Shown here one piece after another: positions 1-9,613 of a stretch of 64,000 bases of DNA. How positions within the stretch are numbered: position 1 is the stretch's first letter; each line of letters begins with the position of its first letter. Under the pieces are notes generated by a model. The model ran no database searches. It was not told the origin of the DNA and saw nothing but the letters and a program-made list of their open reading frames with translations. The stretch is taken from assembly GCA_012798695.1 (NCBI GenBank), contig JAAZMR010000046.1, forward strand, positions 2,316 to 66,315, read 5' to 3'. Source of the stretch: Bacillota bacterium. GTDB taxonomy: Bacteria > Bacillota > Limnochordia > DTU087. The position numbers and the translations under genes were made by a program.

Positions 1-129
1 TGGTAACTTGCCCTGCTCCACCAGTCCGGTAAGTATGGGTGCTTCGGCAGCTAAGACCACCGATCCCGCCAACAGGGCTATACAGCAGGCAATTACCGCA
101 CACAAGAGCAACGATGATAATCTACGCAT
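1..129 (-). CDS. Partial CDS (N-terminal 43 aa; gene continues beyond the window start): secreted/lipoprotein-type ABC substrate-binding protein, family 5-like
   Basis: Reverse-strand ATG at 129 gives MRRLSSLLLCAVIACCIALLAGSVVLAAEAPILTGLVEQGKLP. The hydrophobic signal peptide is followed by LVEQGKLP, which echoes the LVKQGKLPPVEERLP motif of the family-5 SBP at 11653..13587. AAGGGAG purine tract upstream. Confidence 0.45.
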   Translation of the reverse strand, partial: MRRLSSLLLCAVIACCIALLAGSVVLAAEAPILTGLVEQGKLP

Positions 130-821
130 AATCCATTGCACGCTCCCTTAGGGTGTTTCTTTCTCTATAGCTTAGTTTCTTAGTCATGGGTGGCCCATGC
201 TCTCTGTTCTACCATTCCGACCTCATAACTGTGCAACTAATAATATCGGAATCGAAAAAAGAGGTGCTCCACATCCCCCCCTCCCTATTTGTGGTTAATA
301 GCACGTCTCCACTGATCAGGATAAGAGTCCCTATGGCGACATGTTCCTCCAATCTTATCCAAATCCTTCTTGTTTTTTCCTGTTTATTGGACATTTGCCA
401 CGTAAGAATAGACTCTTTGGTGTGGGTAAGGATAGCACAGATGCACGCAATTGTTCTGTATTGCAGCAATATTTATGTTGAATGGAGGAATGAGAATACT
501 GGCGGCGAATTTCGTAAGGGAACACTTACGATCAGCTCACATTTGGAGCCCACATTTTCTGTAGACATACCCAGGCTATTTGCTTGAAACCTTCATTAAA
601 AAATCGAAGGCTATATGTTGCCTGGTGATGATCAAGAGCACATAGCTCAATATCACGATACACTAGGCATACTGTATTAGAGAGAATGCAAAGCCGGGAA
701 ATTCGGACAAGTTGATTTTAACCATATACATGTTAGGAGGGGTAATCGACGCTGCATGCTTAGGGATTAAGATCCAGATTCCATGGCAGCATTTTGAGCC
801 AAAAAGGAGGCCTTAAAGACC

Positions 822-1835
822 ATGAATGTAAAGGCTGTTGTGATCGGAGCAGGGAATATCTCCAACTCCTGGTTTCCTTTTCTTATCCAGGAGGGAGTTG
901 ACATCGCTGCTGTGGTAGATCTGAACATCGAAACGGCACGAGCCCAGATCAAAAAGTATGGTTTGAGAGCTGTGGCATCAACTGAACTAGAAACCACATT
1001 GGAAAAGCATCAGCCGGACTTCGTCATTGATTTGACCATACCGGAGGCCCATCGCCAAGTGACCATCACTGCTTTACGGGCCGGTTATCCTGTTTTGGGG
1101 GAAAAACCCATGGCCACCAATATGAAGGATGCCAGGGAAATGGTAAAAGTCTCCAACGAGACAGGGAAAATGTATGCTGTCAGCCAGTCTCGGCGCTGGG
1201 ATCAGAACCACGACATCCTACAGCGAACAATCGCATCAGGAGCTATCGGACAGGTGACGGCCATCAACTGCGACTTCTACATCGGAGCCCACTTCGGTGG
1301 ATTCAGGGATGAAATGCCCAGCCCCCTACTCCTCGATATGGCCATTCATCACTTCGATTTGGCACGTTTCTTCACAGGGGCCGATCCTATCGCCGTATAT
1401 GCAAAAGAATATAATCCCGCAGGGTCCTGGTATAAAGGCGATGCTGCTGCATCATGCATTTTTGAAATGACTGATGATATAGTATTCACATATGTAGGTA
1501 GCTGGTGCTCTGAGGGCTGCCATACGAGTTGGAATGGAAACTGGCGTGTCATCGGAGAGAAGGGCACATTAATCTATGAATTTGATCAGGTTCCCTATGG
1601 CGAAGTAATCGAGCCAGGCACAACCGGGTTCCACCGTCCTCTGGAGAAGATCGAGGTCGCTGACTCCCCATTGGAGGCTGTTAGCATGCATGGGGCAATT
1701 TGCGAAATGATCGAGTTTCTCAAGACGGGCAAAATCCCACAGACCAAGTGCAGTGATAATATCAAGTCTTTGGCCATGGTTTTTGCAGCTATCGAAAGCT
1801 CTAGAAGAAAGCAACGCCTAACAATAGAAGTATAA
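822..1835 (+). CDS. Gfo/Idh/MocA family NAD(P)-dependent oxidoreductase
   Basis: N-terminal Rossmann motif VVIGAGNIS, a GEKP motif and a C-terminal alpha/beta domain typical of Gfo/Idh/MocA. Strong RBS AAAAAGGAGG 8 nt before the ATG. Confidence 0.85.
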   Translation: MNVKAVVIGAGNISNSWFPFLIQEGVDIAAVVDLNIETARAQIKKYGLRAVASTELETTLEKHQPDFVIDLTIPEAHRQVTITALRAGYPVLGEKPMATNMKDAREMVKVSNETGKMYAVSQSRRWDQNHDILQRTIASGAIGQVTAINCDFYIGAHFGGFRDEMPSPLLLDMAIHHFDLARFFTGADPIAVYAKEYNPAGSWYKGDAAASCIFEMTDDIVFTYVGSWCSEGCHTSWNGNWRVIGEKGTLIYEFDQVPYGEVIEPGTTGFHRPLEKIEVADSPLEAVSMHGAICEMIEFLKTGKIPQTKCSDNIKSLAMVFAAIESSRRKQRLTIEV

Positions 1836-1857
1836 ATAATGCTGGGGAGGTAGAAAA

Positions 1858-2757
1858 ATGTATGAAAAGCAGATCCGAATTGGTACATTGGTGAATGGCG
1901 GTGCATCAACTGCCGAATATATCAGGCAAATTCTCCCCCATGGTTTTGAGTCATTCACCATCACCTTCTGGGAAACCTTAGGTGATGTGGATCTAACCAA
2001 ATTAGCAGACGAAGTCAATGAAGTGCTGGACGGAAGTGATGCCATCATCAGCGCGGTTAGTATTTTCGGCAACCCACTGATGGATCATGAGAAAGCTCGT
2101 GCAGCCAGAGATGGCTGGGTCAAACTCGTCGATGCAGCTCACCTGTTTAACTGCGATCTGGTTAGTGGCTTCACAGGCAGAATCGTGGACCGGCCGATTG
2201 AAGAGTCAATCCCCCGTTATGCCGAAGTCTTTGGCCCTATAGCTAAACGAGCAGCAGATAAAGGTGTACGGCTCGCCTTTGAAAACTGCGACATGCACGG
2301 AGACTGGAACCGGGGTGACTGGAATATCGCTCATAATCCCAAGGCTTGGGAAATGATGTTTGATGTCTTGCCAGCAGACAATGTGGGCCTTGAGTGGGAA
2401 CCATGCCATCAGATGGTAAACCTGATTGATCCCCTGCCCCAACTCCGCAAGTGGGTATCGAAGGTATTTCACGTCCACGGAAAAGATGCCACGATATTGT
2501 GGGACGTGATACGAGAATATGGTATCGGTGGTGCCAAAGAATTCGTTTTCCATCGCACCCCAGGTTTTGGAGATAGTAATTGGACAGATATCATTTCGGT
2601 GCTGCGCAATGCCGGGTATACAGGCAGTATCGATATTGAAGGATGGCATGACCCTGTGTACCGGGATGAGTGGGAGATGACTGGACAGGTACATGCTCTC
2701 AATTACCTCAAGCGATGCCGGGGCGGAGCCTATGTCCCGAATCCAACTACAGAGTAA
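1858..2757 (+). CDS. Sugar phosphate isomerase/epimerase (xylose isomerase-like TIM barrel) family protein
   Basis: 299 aa with the conserved acidic/His residues of the AP-endonuclease-2 / xylose-isomerase-like TIM barrel (..FENCDMHGDW.., ..HVHGKD.., ..DIEGWHDP..). RBS GGGGAGG upstream. Sits 22 nt after the oxidoreductase, so an operon is likely. Confidence 0.8.
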   Translation: MYEKQIRIGTLVNGGASTAEYIRQILPHGFESFTITFWETLGDVDLTKLADEVNEVLDGSDAIISAVSIFGNPLMDHEKARAARDGWVKLVDAAHLFNCDLVSGFTGRIVDRPIEESIPRYAEVFGPIAKRAADKGVRLAFENCDMHGDWNRGDWNIAHNPKAWEMMFDVLPADNVGLEWEPCHQMVNLIDPLPQLRKWVSKVFHVHGKDATILWDVIREYGIGGAKEFVFHRTPGFGDSNWTDIISVLRNAGYTGSIDIEGWHDPVYRDEWEMTGQVHALNYLKRCRGGAYVPNPTTE

Positions 2758-2836
2758 TAGAAGTGGCATGCTTACTGTTGATCTAGATAGATAAGTAGAT
2801 TATCTTATGGCTATAGGTGAGTCATAGACAATTACG

Positions 2837-2877
2837 GAGCGGGCTGCTCATAGGATAACTAGTGGGCAGCCCGCTCA
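2837..2877. terminator. Bidirectional stem-loop between convergent genes
   Basis: Perfect inverted repeat gagcgggctgc ... gcagcccgctc (11 bp arms, 19 nt loop) between the + gene ending at 2757 and the - gene ending at 2956. Confidence 0.5.
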
Positions 2878-2955
2878 TCTAAGCCGTGTGATGGTTCTTA
2901 ACCAGTTTCTGGGTAATAACCATCGCATGTCTTTCTCATCTTGAAGCTCTGATGA

Positions 2956-4974
2956 TTAACCCCTGATAGGCAGATCCGCTCCATCTTTTAGGAAAACGGG
3001 GATTTCATCTATAGGCGTCTTTACTTCAATTGTCTGTCCGCCACTGTGGGTTTCCCCAGTCCAAGCATTTTCCCACCGGGCACCTTCTGGCAGGTATACG
3101 TTTCTTGTCTTCAGGCCCGAGTAAAGCACTGGTGCTACCAGTACGTCGGGGCCAAACATGTATTGATCCTCTATGTTCCAGGCTTCCTCATCTGTTGGGA
3201 AATCGTAAAACAGCGGCCGCATTAGTGGGGTGCCCTTTTCGTGTGCGGCTTTCATTAACTGCTTTACATAAGGCTTGATTCTTTCTCTCAGGTTGAGATA
3301 CTTGACACAGATTGCGTATGCCTCTTCACCATAGCTCCATACTTCGTTATCTGCACCGGAATTGCAGACACCCCCGCCTTCAGTACCCAATGGTTGCGAA
3401 TGGGGGTCGCGGTCACCGTGGACACGCATGACTGGGCAGAATGTACCGTACTGGAACCAGCGGACAAATACCTCTTGGAACTCTGGATCATCCGGGCAAC
3501 CACCGTGAAAACCTCCGATATCTGTTGTCCACCATGGTATACCGGCAATACCCATATGCAGACCTGCCACCAGTTGATTGCGCATGCTCTTGAAGGAGGA
3601 GTGAATGTCTCCAGACCAAACTAGGGCGCCATAGCGTTGGCTCCCGGCCCAGGCACAGCGCACCAAGTTCACAATATTATCCTGGCCCTCTGCTCGCATG
3701 CCATCATAGAAGGCTTTGGCGTAGGCAACGGGGTAAATGTTGCCAACTTGCACAACCGGTCCTAAGTGGTAGCGGTATAAATCATAGTCATAGTACGTGT
3801 ACTCTGGCTCTGCTTCATCCAGCCAGAAGATCTTGATGCCATGGTCATAGTAATTCTTCTTGATCTTGTTCCATACATATTTCCGGGCCTCTGGATTGGT
3901 GGGGTCAAAGTGAATGGTGTTGCCGTGGAAGTCCATAGCGATGGGATGACCCCGATCGGCACGAATTAAGTAGCCCTTTTCCCGCATTTCCTCGTAATTT
4001 TCACTCTTGTGATCTACAGTAGGCCAAACGGAGATCATGACCTCGATCCCCATATCGTTCAGTTCTTTGATCATACCGGCTGGATCTGGCCAGTATTTGG
4101 GGTCGAACTTCCACTCACCTTGTCTTGTCCAGTGGAAGAAGTCAATCACAATAACGGAAAGAGGTAAACCTCGCCGTTTATATCCCCGTGCTACTTCCAG
4201 CAATTCCTCTTGGGTCTGATAACGCAGTTTGGATTGCCAAAAGCCAAGGCCGTAATCGGGCATCATGGGGACAGTGCCGGTAACCTGAGCATAGCTCTCC
4301 ACGATCTCGCTAGGCGTATCGCCAGCACAGATCCAATAGTCCAGTACCTTAGTCGAGACCGCATTCCAACTGGTGAGATTCTTGCCAAAGGTAACTCGTC
4401 CTACCGCCGGATTATTCCAAAGAAATCCATAACCTATACTAGAAAGCATAAAGGGCACGCTGGCCTGGGAGTTGCGGTGGGCGAGCTCCAACTCACAGCC
4501 TTTTAGATCTAAGAAAGGTTGTTGGTATTGTCCCATACCATAAATTTTTTCTTCCGGAGTAGACTCAAACCGCATAGTTAAGCAATAATCGCCACCGAGG
4601 ATCGGTTTGAATTCTCGAGCATCTATGTCCAGAGCAGAGGCAAAAGACGTTGGCTTAACACCTGGTACGTACCGATACTCTTTCCGATTTCTTACATACT
4701 CTTCTAGAAGCAGCTCTCCCTTATCATTGTAGAAAGTGAGCTTCCCGGAGTGGCTCATGGTTGCCTTGAGTTTTCCATTGACTATCGTTGCGCCAGTTTT
4801 GGAGATGGAAATCTTGCCACTAGCTTCCTTCTTTGGCAGCAGGGCCCAGTTCTCTATAGGCATCTCCGGCAACTTCGTGGCTCTGACCCGCATGCCATTT
4901 GGTCCCCAAGGCTGAATCCACAGCTGCTCCCCGTTATAAGTGAAGAATAGATAACCGTTCTTCTCGATAATCAT
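2956..4974 (-). CDS. Glycoside hydrolase family 31 (alpha-xylosidase / alpha-glucosidase, YicI-like)
   Basis: GH31 catalytic-region motifs (..VIVIDFFHW.., ..KIFWLDEAEPE.., ..WSGDIHSSF.., ..WWTTDIGGFHGG..). Start moved to the ATG at 4974 (MIIEKNGYLFF...), which has TGGAGGTG 5 nt upstream. The longer track ORF to 5091 has no RBS. Confidence 0.85.
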   Translation of the reverse strand: MIIEKNGYLFFTYNGEQLWIQPWGPNGMRVRATKLPEMPIENWALLPKKEASGKISISKTGATIVNGKLKATMSHSGKLTFYNDKGELLLEEYVRNRKEYRYVPGVKPTSFASALDIDAREFKPILGGDYCLTMRFESTPEEKIYGMGQYQQPFLDLKGCELELAHRNSQASVPFMLSSIGYGFLWNNPAVGRVTFGKNLTSWNAVSTKVLDYWICAGDTPSEIVESYAQVTGTVPMMPDYGLGFWQSKLRYQTQEELLEVARGYKRRGLPLSVIVIDFFHWTRQGEWKFDPKYWPDPAGMIKELNDMGIEVMISVWPTVDHKSENYEEMREKGYLIRADRGHPIAMDFHGNTIHFDPTNPEARKYVWNKIKKNYYDHGIKIFWLDEAEPEYTYYDYDLYRYHLGPVVQVGNIYPVAYAKAFYDGMRAEGQDNIVNLVRCAWAGSQRYGALVWSGDIHSSFKSMRNQLVAGLHMGIAGIPWWTTDIGGFHGGCPDDPEFQEVFVRWFQYGTFCPVMRVHGDRDPHSQPLGTEGGGVCNSGADNEVWSYGEEAYAICVKYLNLRERIKPYVKQLMKAAHEKGTPLMRPLFYDFPTDEEAWNIEDQYMFGPDVLVAPVLYSGLKTRNVYLPEGARWENAWTGETHSGGQTIEVKTPIDEIPVFLKDGADLPIRG

Positions 4975-5349
4975 AGAAGCACCTCCAGTTGTAGTTGGTT
5001 TCTGGCTGGTTGCGGTCCTCGTCTGTACTACCCCTGTTTTTCTCCTATCACCCCCGCCACAATGCTTTCTTAACAATATCCATATTTTCATGGGATTTCA
5101 GAACCATCTACCCCAAACACAAGGGGCTGTGGTTTTGCATCTATATGCCAGATACGTATGTGCTTCGTAATGGCTATTGTCCAATCGAGGCAATGCTCTT
5201 CATTTAACACATTCCACGCAGTATTTAGAAATCCTTCACTTTTTTAGGATGCTGCCTGGACAACAGCATCCTATGATACCGGGCACGATAGGCTGTTGGA
5301 ATGGGCAAAATCCTCGGCGATGTTCTCATGATAAGCCTATAGATAGAAT

Positions 5350-5390
5350 AAGAGGGCTGGTGGTCGAGCAATCTCAACCACCAGCCCTCT
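5350..5390 (-). terminator. Stem-loop terminator downstream of the GH3 gene
   Basis: Inverted repeat aagagggctggtggt ... accaccagccctct (14-15 bp arms) 18 nt after the GH3 stop. Confidence 0.5.
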
Positions 5391-5407
5391 TGAGCACTTC
5401 AGCCATA

Positions 5408-7576
5408 TCAATAAACGTACTCGGCAGTCACCTTTTCCCCTTCGACTGTAAACTCCGCGGTCAGAACTTCCCCATCGGGTCCATTTGCCCCTGTAGGCTG
5501 CTTACCACCTACAGCTACTAGGAACTTGCCTGGTTCAACTACCCGCTGGCCGCTGTAATCTACTAGGGCCATCTGGTAGGGTGTGAGGGTGAAGGACACA
5601 GTCTTTTTCTCTCCGGGGGCCAAGTAAATACGCTGAAAGCCTTGGAGAGATCTGAGTGGTACGGGTACCGATGCCTCCAGGTCAGTCAGATAAAGCTGTA
5701 CGACTTCATCACCCGGGCATTTACCGGTGTTTTCGACGGTGACCTGAACTTGGATATCCTCGCCTGCCTGAATGGTGCTCTCAGCCAGCCGCAGATCCTT
5801 GTACCCAAATGTAGTGTAACTCAGCCCGTGGCCGAAGGGATATAGAGGTTCATCTTTGAAATAGCGGTAGGTGCGGTTTCCCATCCGATAGTCATCAAAG
5901 GGTGGCAGCTGGTCCAGGGATTTATAGAAGGTAACCGGCAACCGCCCTCCTGGGTTGTAATCTCCAAACAGCACATCAGCTATCGCAGTGCCTCCATCCT
6001 GGCCTGGATACCAGGCTGCCAGAATTGCAGGAACGTTCTCCTCTGCCCAATTGATCGCCACCGCACTGCCACTAAGCAAGACCAAGATAACCGGTGTGCC
6101 GGTGGCATGCACTGCCTTGAGCAAATCTTCCTGTACACCCATGAGGGTGATCTCCTCACGGTCTCCCCCGGCTCCCTCTTCTCCTTCGATCCGGCCGGTA
6201 ATGCCCATCACAACGATGGCTACATCTGCCCAGCTGGCTAGTTCTACCGCGGCGCCAAAGCCTCTCTTCGAATCACCCATGATGTCACACCCATCGGTGT
6301 GATAGACAGTAGCTTTTGGTGAAACCTTGCTTTTTATCGCCTCTAAAGGAGTTGTGAAACGAGATGGAATACCGTTATAGTTGCCCAAAAGCGCTTCCAG
6401 GTTATCAGAGTTGGGGCCAATGACGGCGATTTTCTCTATATCTTTATCCAGAGGCAAAATGCCGTCATTCTTGAGCAGTACCATAGACTCCCGTGCCGTC
6501 TTGAGTGCCAACTCGCGGTGTGCTTCACAGTCATTTACTTCATAAGGAATCTGAGCATAGCTGACCATCTCGGGCGGATCAAACATGCCCAGCTGGAACC
6601 TAGCCTTAAACAGGCGCTTTAGTGCCCCATCCAGGGTAGCTTCTTTGACCAGCCCCTCTTTGACAGCATCGACCAAGAATGAGTACAAAGAGCCACAGCA
6701 AAGGTCACAACCATTATTCAGGGCCATGGCTACTGCTTCTACCGGAGTATCAACAATCTTATGATGTTTATAGAAATCCCCAATCGCCCAGCAGTCAGAG
6801 ACGACATGGCCATCAAAGCCCCACTTCTCCCTGAGGATATCCTGCAGCAGGGTCTTGCTGCCACAGCAGGGTTCACCATTGGTGCGGTTATATGCACCCA
6901 TGATCGCTTGCGCATTACCTTCTTTGACCGCAGCTTCAAAGGCAGGCAAGTATGTCTCCCAAAGGTCTTTCTCATCTACCACGGCATCAAAATGGTGCCG
7001 ATCTGCTTCTGGCCCACTGTGTACCGCAAAGTGTTTAGGTGTAGAAATCACCTTGAAGTATTGCGGATCATCACCTTGGAGACCCTTGACAAAGGCAACT
7101 CCTACGCGACTGGTCAGATATGGATCTTCACCATAGGTTTCCTGACCTCTGCCCCAGCGCGGATCCCGAAAGATATTCACATTGGGTGACCACATAGTAA
7201 GACCGGTATAAATCTCCCGAATGCCCCGGCGGACAAATTCATGATGCTTGGCCCGGGCCTCGTCAGAGATCGCAGTAGCCACCTCAAAGATCAAATCATC
7301 ATTCCAGGTGGCGGCCAAACCGATGGCCTGAGGAAAAACAGTAGCGATACCTGCCCGGCCTACCCCGTGCAGGCATTCATTCCACCAATCATACTTCGGA
7401 ATCCCCAAACGTTCAATGCCCGGAGCACCATTCAGTGTTTGCGAGACCTTTTCTTCTAGAGTCATGCGGCTGACTAGATCTTCTACTCTCTCATCTAAAG
7501 GCAGATCCGGATTCAGGTAAGCTGGCTTTCCCGCAGACGTTGAGATACACTGATTCTTGTCATCTTGGCAACTCAT
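5408..7576 (-). CDS. Glycoside hydrolase family 3 (beta-glucosidase / beta-xylosidase-like)
   Basis: 722 aa. GH3 N-terminal (beta/alpha)8 motifs (..KHFAVHSGPE.., ..GFDGHVVSDCWAI..), a C-terminal alpha/beta sandwich and an FnIII-like tail. Confidence 0.9.
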   Translation of the reverse strand: MSCQDDKNQCISTSAGKPAYLNPDLPLDERVEDLVSRMTLEEKVSQTLNGAPGIERLGIPKYDWWNECLHGVGRAGIATVFPQAIGLAATWNDDLIFEVATAISDEARAKHHEFVRRGIREIYTGLTMWSPNVNIFRDPRWGRGQETYGEDPYLTSRVGVAFVKGLQGDDPQYFKVISTPKHFAVHSGPEADRHHFDAVVDEKDLWETYLPAFEAAVKEGNAQAIMGAYNRTNGEPCCGSKTLLQDILREKWGFDGHVVSDCWAIGDFYKHHKIVDTPVEAVAMALNNGCDLCCGSLYSFLVDAVKEGLVKEATLDGALKRLFKARFQLGMFDPPEMVSYAQIPYEVNDCEAHRELALKTARESMVLLKNDGILPLDKDIEKIAVIGPNSDNLEALLGNYNGIPSRFTTPLEAIKSKVSPKATVYHTDGCDIMGDSKRGFGAAVELASWADVAIVVMGITGRIEGEEGAGGDREEITLMGVQEDLLKAVHATGTPVILVLLSGSAVAINWAEENVPAILAAWYPGQDGGTAIADVLFGDYNPGGRLPVTFYKSLDQLPPFDDYRMGNRTYRYFKDEPLYPFGHGLSYTTFGYKDLRLAESTIQAGEDIQVQVTVENTGKCPGDEVVQLYLTDLEASVPVPLRSLQGFQRIYLAPGEKKTVSFTLTPYQMALVDYSGQRVVEPGKFLVAVGGKQPTGANGPDGEVLTAEFTVEGEKVTAEYVY

Positions 7577-7857
7577 GGGTAACCTCCTTGCTTAATTGCA
7601 TTACTGATCATCTTTCAGAGTTCCCTCATCTTACTGGTTGATCTTCCTATGATAGCAATTTTCTCCAAGTGCAGCCTTTCTACCTTCCCATTCATAGCAG
7701 ATCAAGATACGCACAAAACCATAGATAGCCGTGTCAAGACCAAAGAGCTACAGAAAGATGATCCTCCCTGTAGCCCCATGTATCTGCCTTGAGCTCTGTT
7801 CATCATTGCCCAAATCCATATGATATGCTACTAACCTCATCGCACGAAGTTCTTAGC

Positions 7858-9456
7858 TTAGGAATGCGGCTTTAACGGCCACTCACGGACACCACAGCGT
7901 GTTGCCCACTGCTCATAGAGTTTGCTCAGCTCCTCTACCACCGCGGGCTCCTGACCAGAGAGGTCATTAAGTTCTGTCCGGTCTACTTCCATATTATATA
8001 GTTCCCACTTGCCAGGGTACTTACAAACAAGCTTCCATTTCCCGGCTCGCACAGCACGATTTCCTTCATGCTCCCAGAATATCGGTTCCTCGCGCTGCCA
8101 TTCACGGTTCCCGAATACCAGTGGAGCAAAGCTCTCTCCCTCAAGCGGTGTGATCGCCTTGCCGTTATACTCGGTTGGATAGACCGTACCAGAGACATCC
8201 AAGCATGTGGCCATTATATCCACTATATGAATCGGATTATGGAAAATCTGATTTGATCTCACTTTACCTGGCCAATGTACAATAAAAGGAGTGGAAATAC
8301 CGCCTTCATGTACCCAGTGCTTAAATAGCCGAAACGGACTATTAGAAGCATTAGCCCACGGTAGATCATAACTCATGAACGTGTCATCAGGTCCAGGCTT
8401 AATCTTCGGCGTATTGCCTATCCGCATAGGTCGACCGTCATGGGTAGGAATATCATATCGAAATGGCTCTGCGTGATTTGTGTCCTCTGCAAGAAACTCC
8501 GCGCAGCCTCCATTATCGGATAAGAACATGATCAGTGTGTTTTCTAACTTACCATCTTTCTCTAGCTCGGCCATTATTCTACCAATCCCTTGATCCATCC
8601 TATCCACTTGGGCGGCATAGACCGCCATTCTCAAGTCTTCCCATTCCTTGTTAGGTGTGTCTTTCCACGGAGGAGCCGATGGATCCCGCGGAGATAGAGC
8701 CCACTCATTATTCAACAGACCCAATTTCTTGAGATTCTCATACCGTTTCTGACGTACTCCATCCCAACCAGCATCCAAATATCTCCCTACATATTTCTCA
8801 ATATCCTCTGGAAGGGCATGCAGTGGCCAATGTGGGGCCGTGTAGGCTACATATAGGAAAAACGGTTCATCATTCGGCACATCGCGCAGCATTTGAACCG
8901 CATTCTCAGAGATGGCGTCTGTCAGGTAATAGCCCCCGCCACCCTCCTCAATCAGTTCTTCATTTCGCATCATGTATGGAGGGTTGAAATAGCTACCGCC
9001 ACCACCTAACATCCCATAGAACTCATCGAAGCCTCGTTGAGTTGGAATAGGATGCTCAGGTTCGCCCGGCGACCACGTTTCTGGCTTATTGGCCTGATAG
9101 GCTCCTCCGACGTGCCATTTCCCTGAAAGCAATGTATGATAGCTTGAGGACTTCAAAGCCTCGGCTATAGTAATACAGTCATCTCGCAGAAAACCTTGAT
9201 ATTCTTTACCTACACCAGCGTCATTCACCATATGCCCGACTCCTGCTTGGTGAGGGTATAAACCGGTAAGAATCGAGGCTCGCGTCGGGCAGCAACGAGC
9301 ACAATTATACATTTGGCTGAACCTGGCTCCATTGGCTGCCAACTTATCTAGATTAGGTGTATCGATTTCAGAACCGTAACAACCAAGATCTGAAAACCCC
9401 ATATCATCCGCCATGATCAGCAGAATGTTTGGTCTGTTACCTTGCTTATTTGACAT
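7858..9456 (-). CDS. Arylsulfatase-family sulfatase (formylglycine-dependent)
   Basis: N-terminus ILLIMADDMGFSDLGCYG and the sulfatase signature C-C-P-T-R-A-S (CxPxR formylglycine motif) inside ..CARCCPTRASILTG... Confidence 0.9.
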   Translation of the reverse strand: MSNKQGNRPNILLIMADDMGFSDLGCYGSEIDTPNLDKLAANGARFSQMYNCARCCPTRASILTGLYPHQAGVGHMVNDAGVGKEYQGFLRDDCITIAEALKSSSYHTLLSGKWHVGGAYQANKPETWSPGEPEHPIPTQRGFDEFYGMLGGGGSYFNPPYMMRNEELIEEGGGGYYLTDAISENAVQMLRDVPNDEPFFLYVAYTAPHWPLHALPEDIEKYVGRYLDAGWDGVRQKRYENLKKLGLLNNEWALSPRDPSAPPWKDTPNKEWEDLRMAVYAAQVDRMDQGIGRIMAELEKDGKLENTLIMFLSDNGGCAEFLAEDTNHAEPFRYDIPTHDGRPMRIGNTPKIKPGPDDTFMSYDLPWANASNSPFRLFKHWVHEGGISTPFIVHWPGKVRSNQIFHNPIHIVDIMATCLDVSGTVYPTEYNGKAITPLEGESFAPLVFGNREWQREEPIFWEHEGNRAVRAGKWKLVCKYPGKWELYNMEVDRTELNDLSGQEPAVVEELSKLYEQWATRCGVREWPLKPHS

Positions 9457-9613
9457 AGACTCACCCCTTATGGCTTCTCAATGTAGAATCATCCACCGAT
9501 TCCCATATCGTTTCTGCGCTTTGACCGTCCCCTTGAAAGCTTTGACAGCCGAATACATACCGCGAGCCCCTACATCCCGGGAATCAATGTCTATCAGTAA
9601 TGTAGGGCAAGTA

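Noticed and set aside
3030-7459. Numerous 60-140-aa ORFs antisense to or inside the GH31, GH3 and sulfatase genes, for example 3030..3278, 5988..6302 and 6761..7189
   Set aside because: They are fully embedded in long ORFs that have strong family signatures on the opposite strand or in another frame. They have no SD sequence and low-complexity or Pro/Ser/Arg-rich translations, which is typical of GC-rich antisense frames.
9520-9545. cre-like (CcpA) site TGAAAGCTTTGACA
   Set aside because: It lacks the central CG of the cre consensus and sits in a 3' intergenic region.
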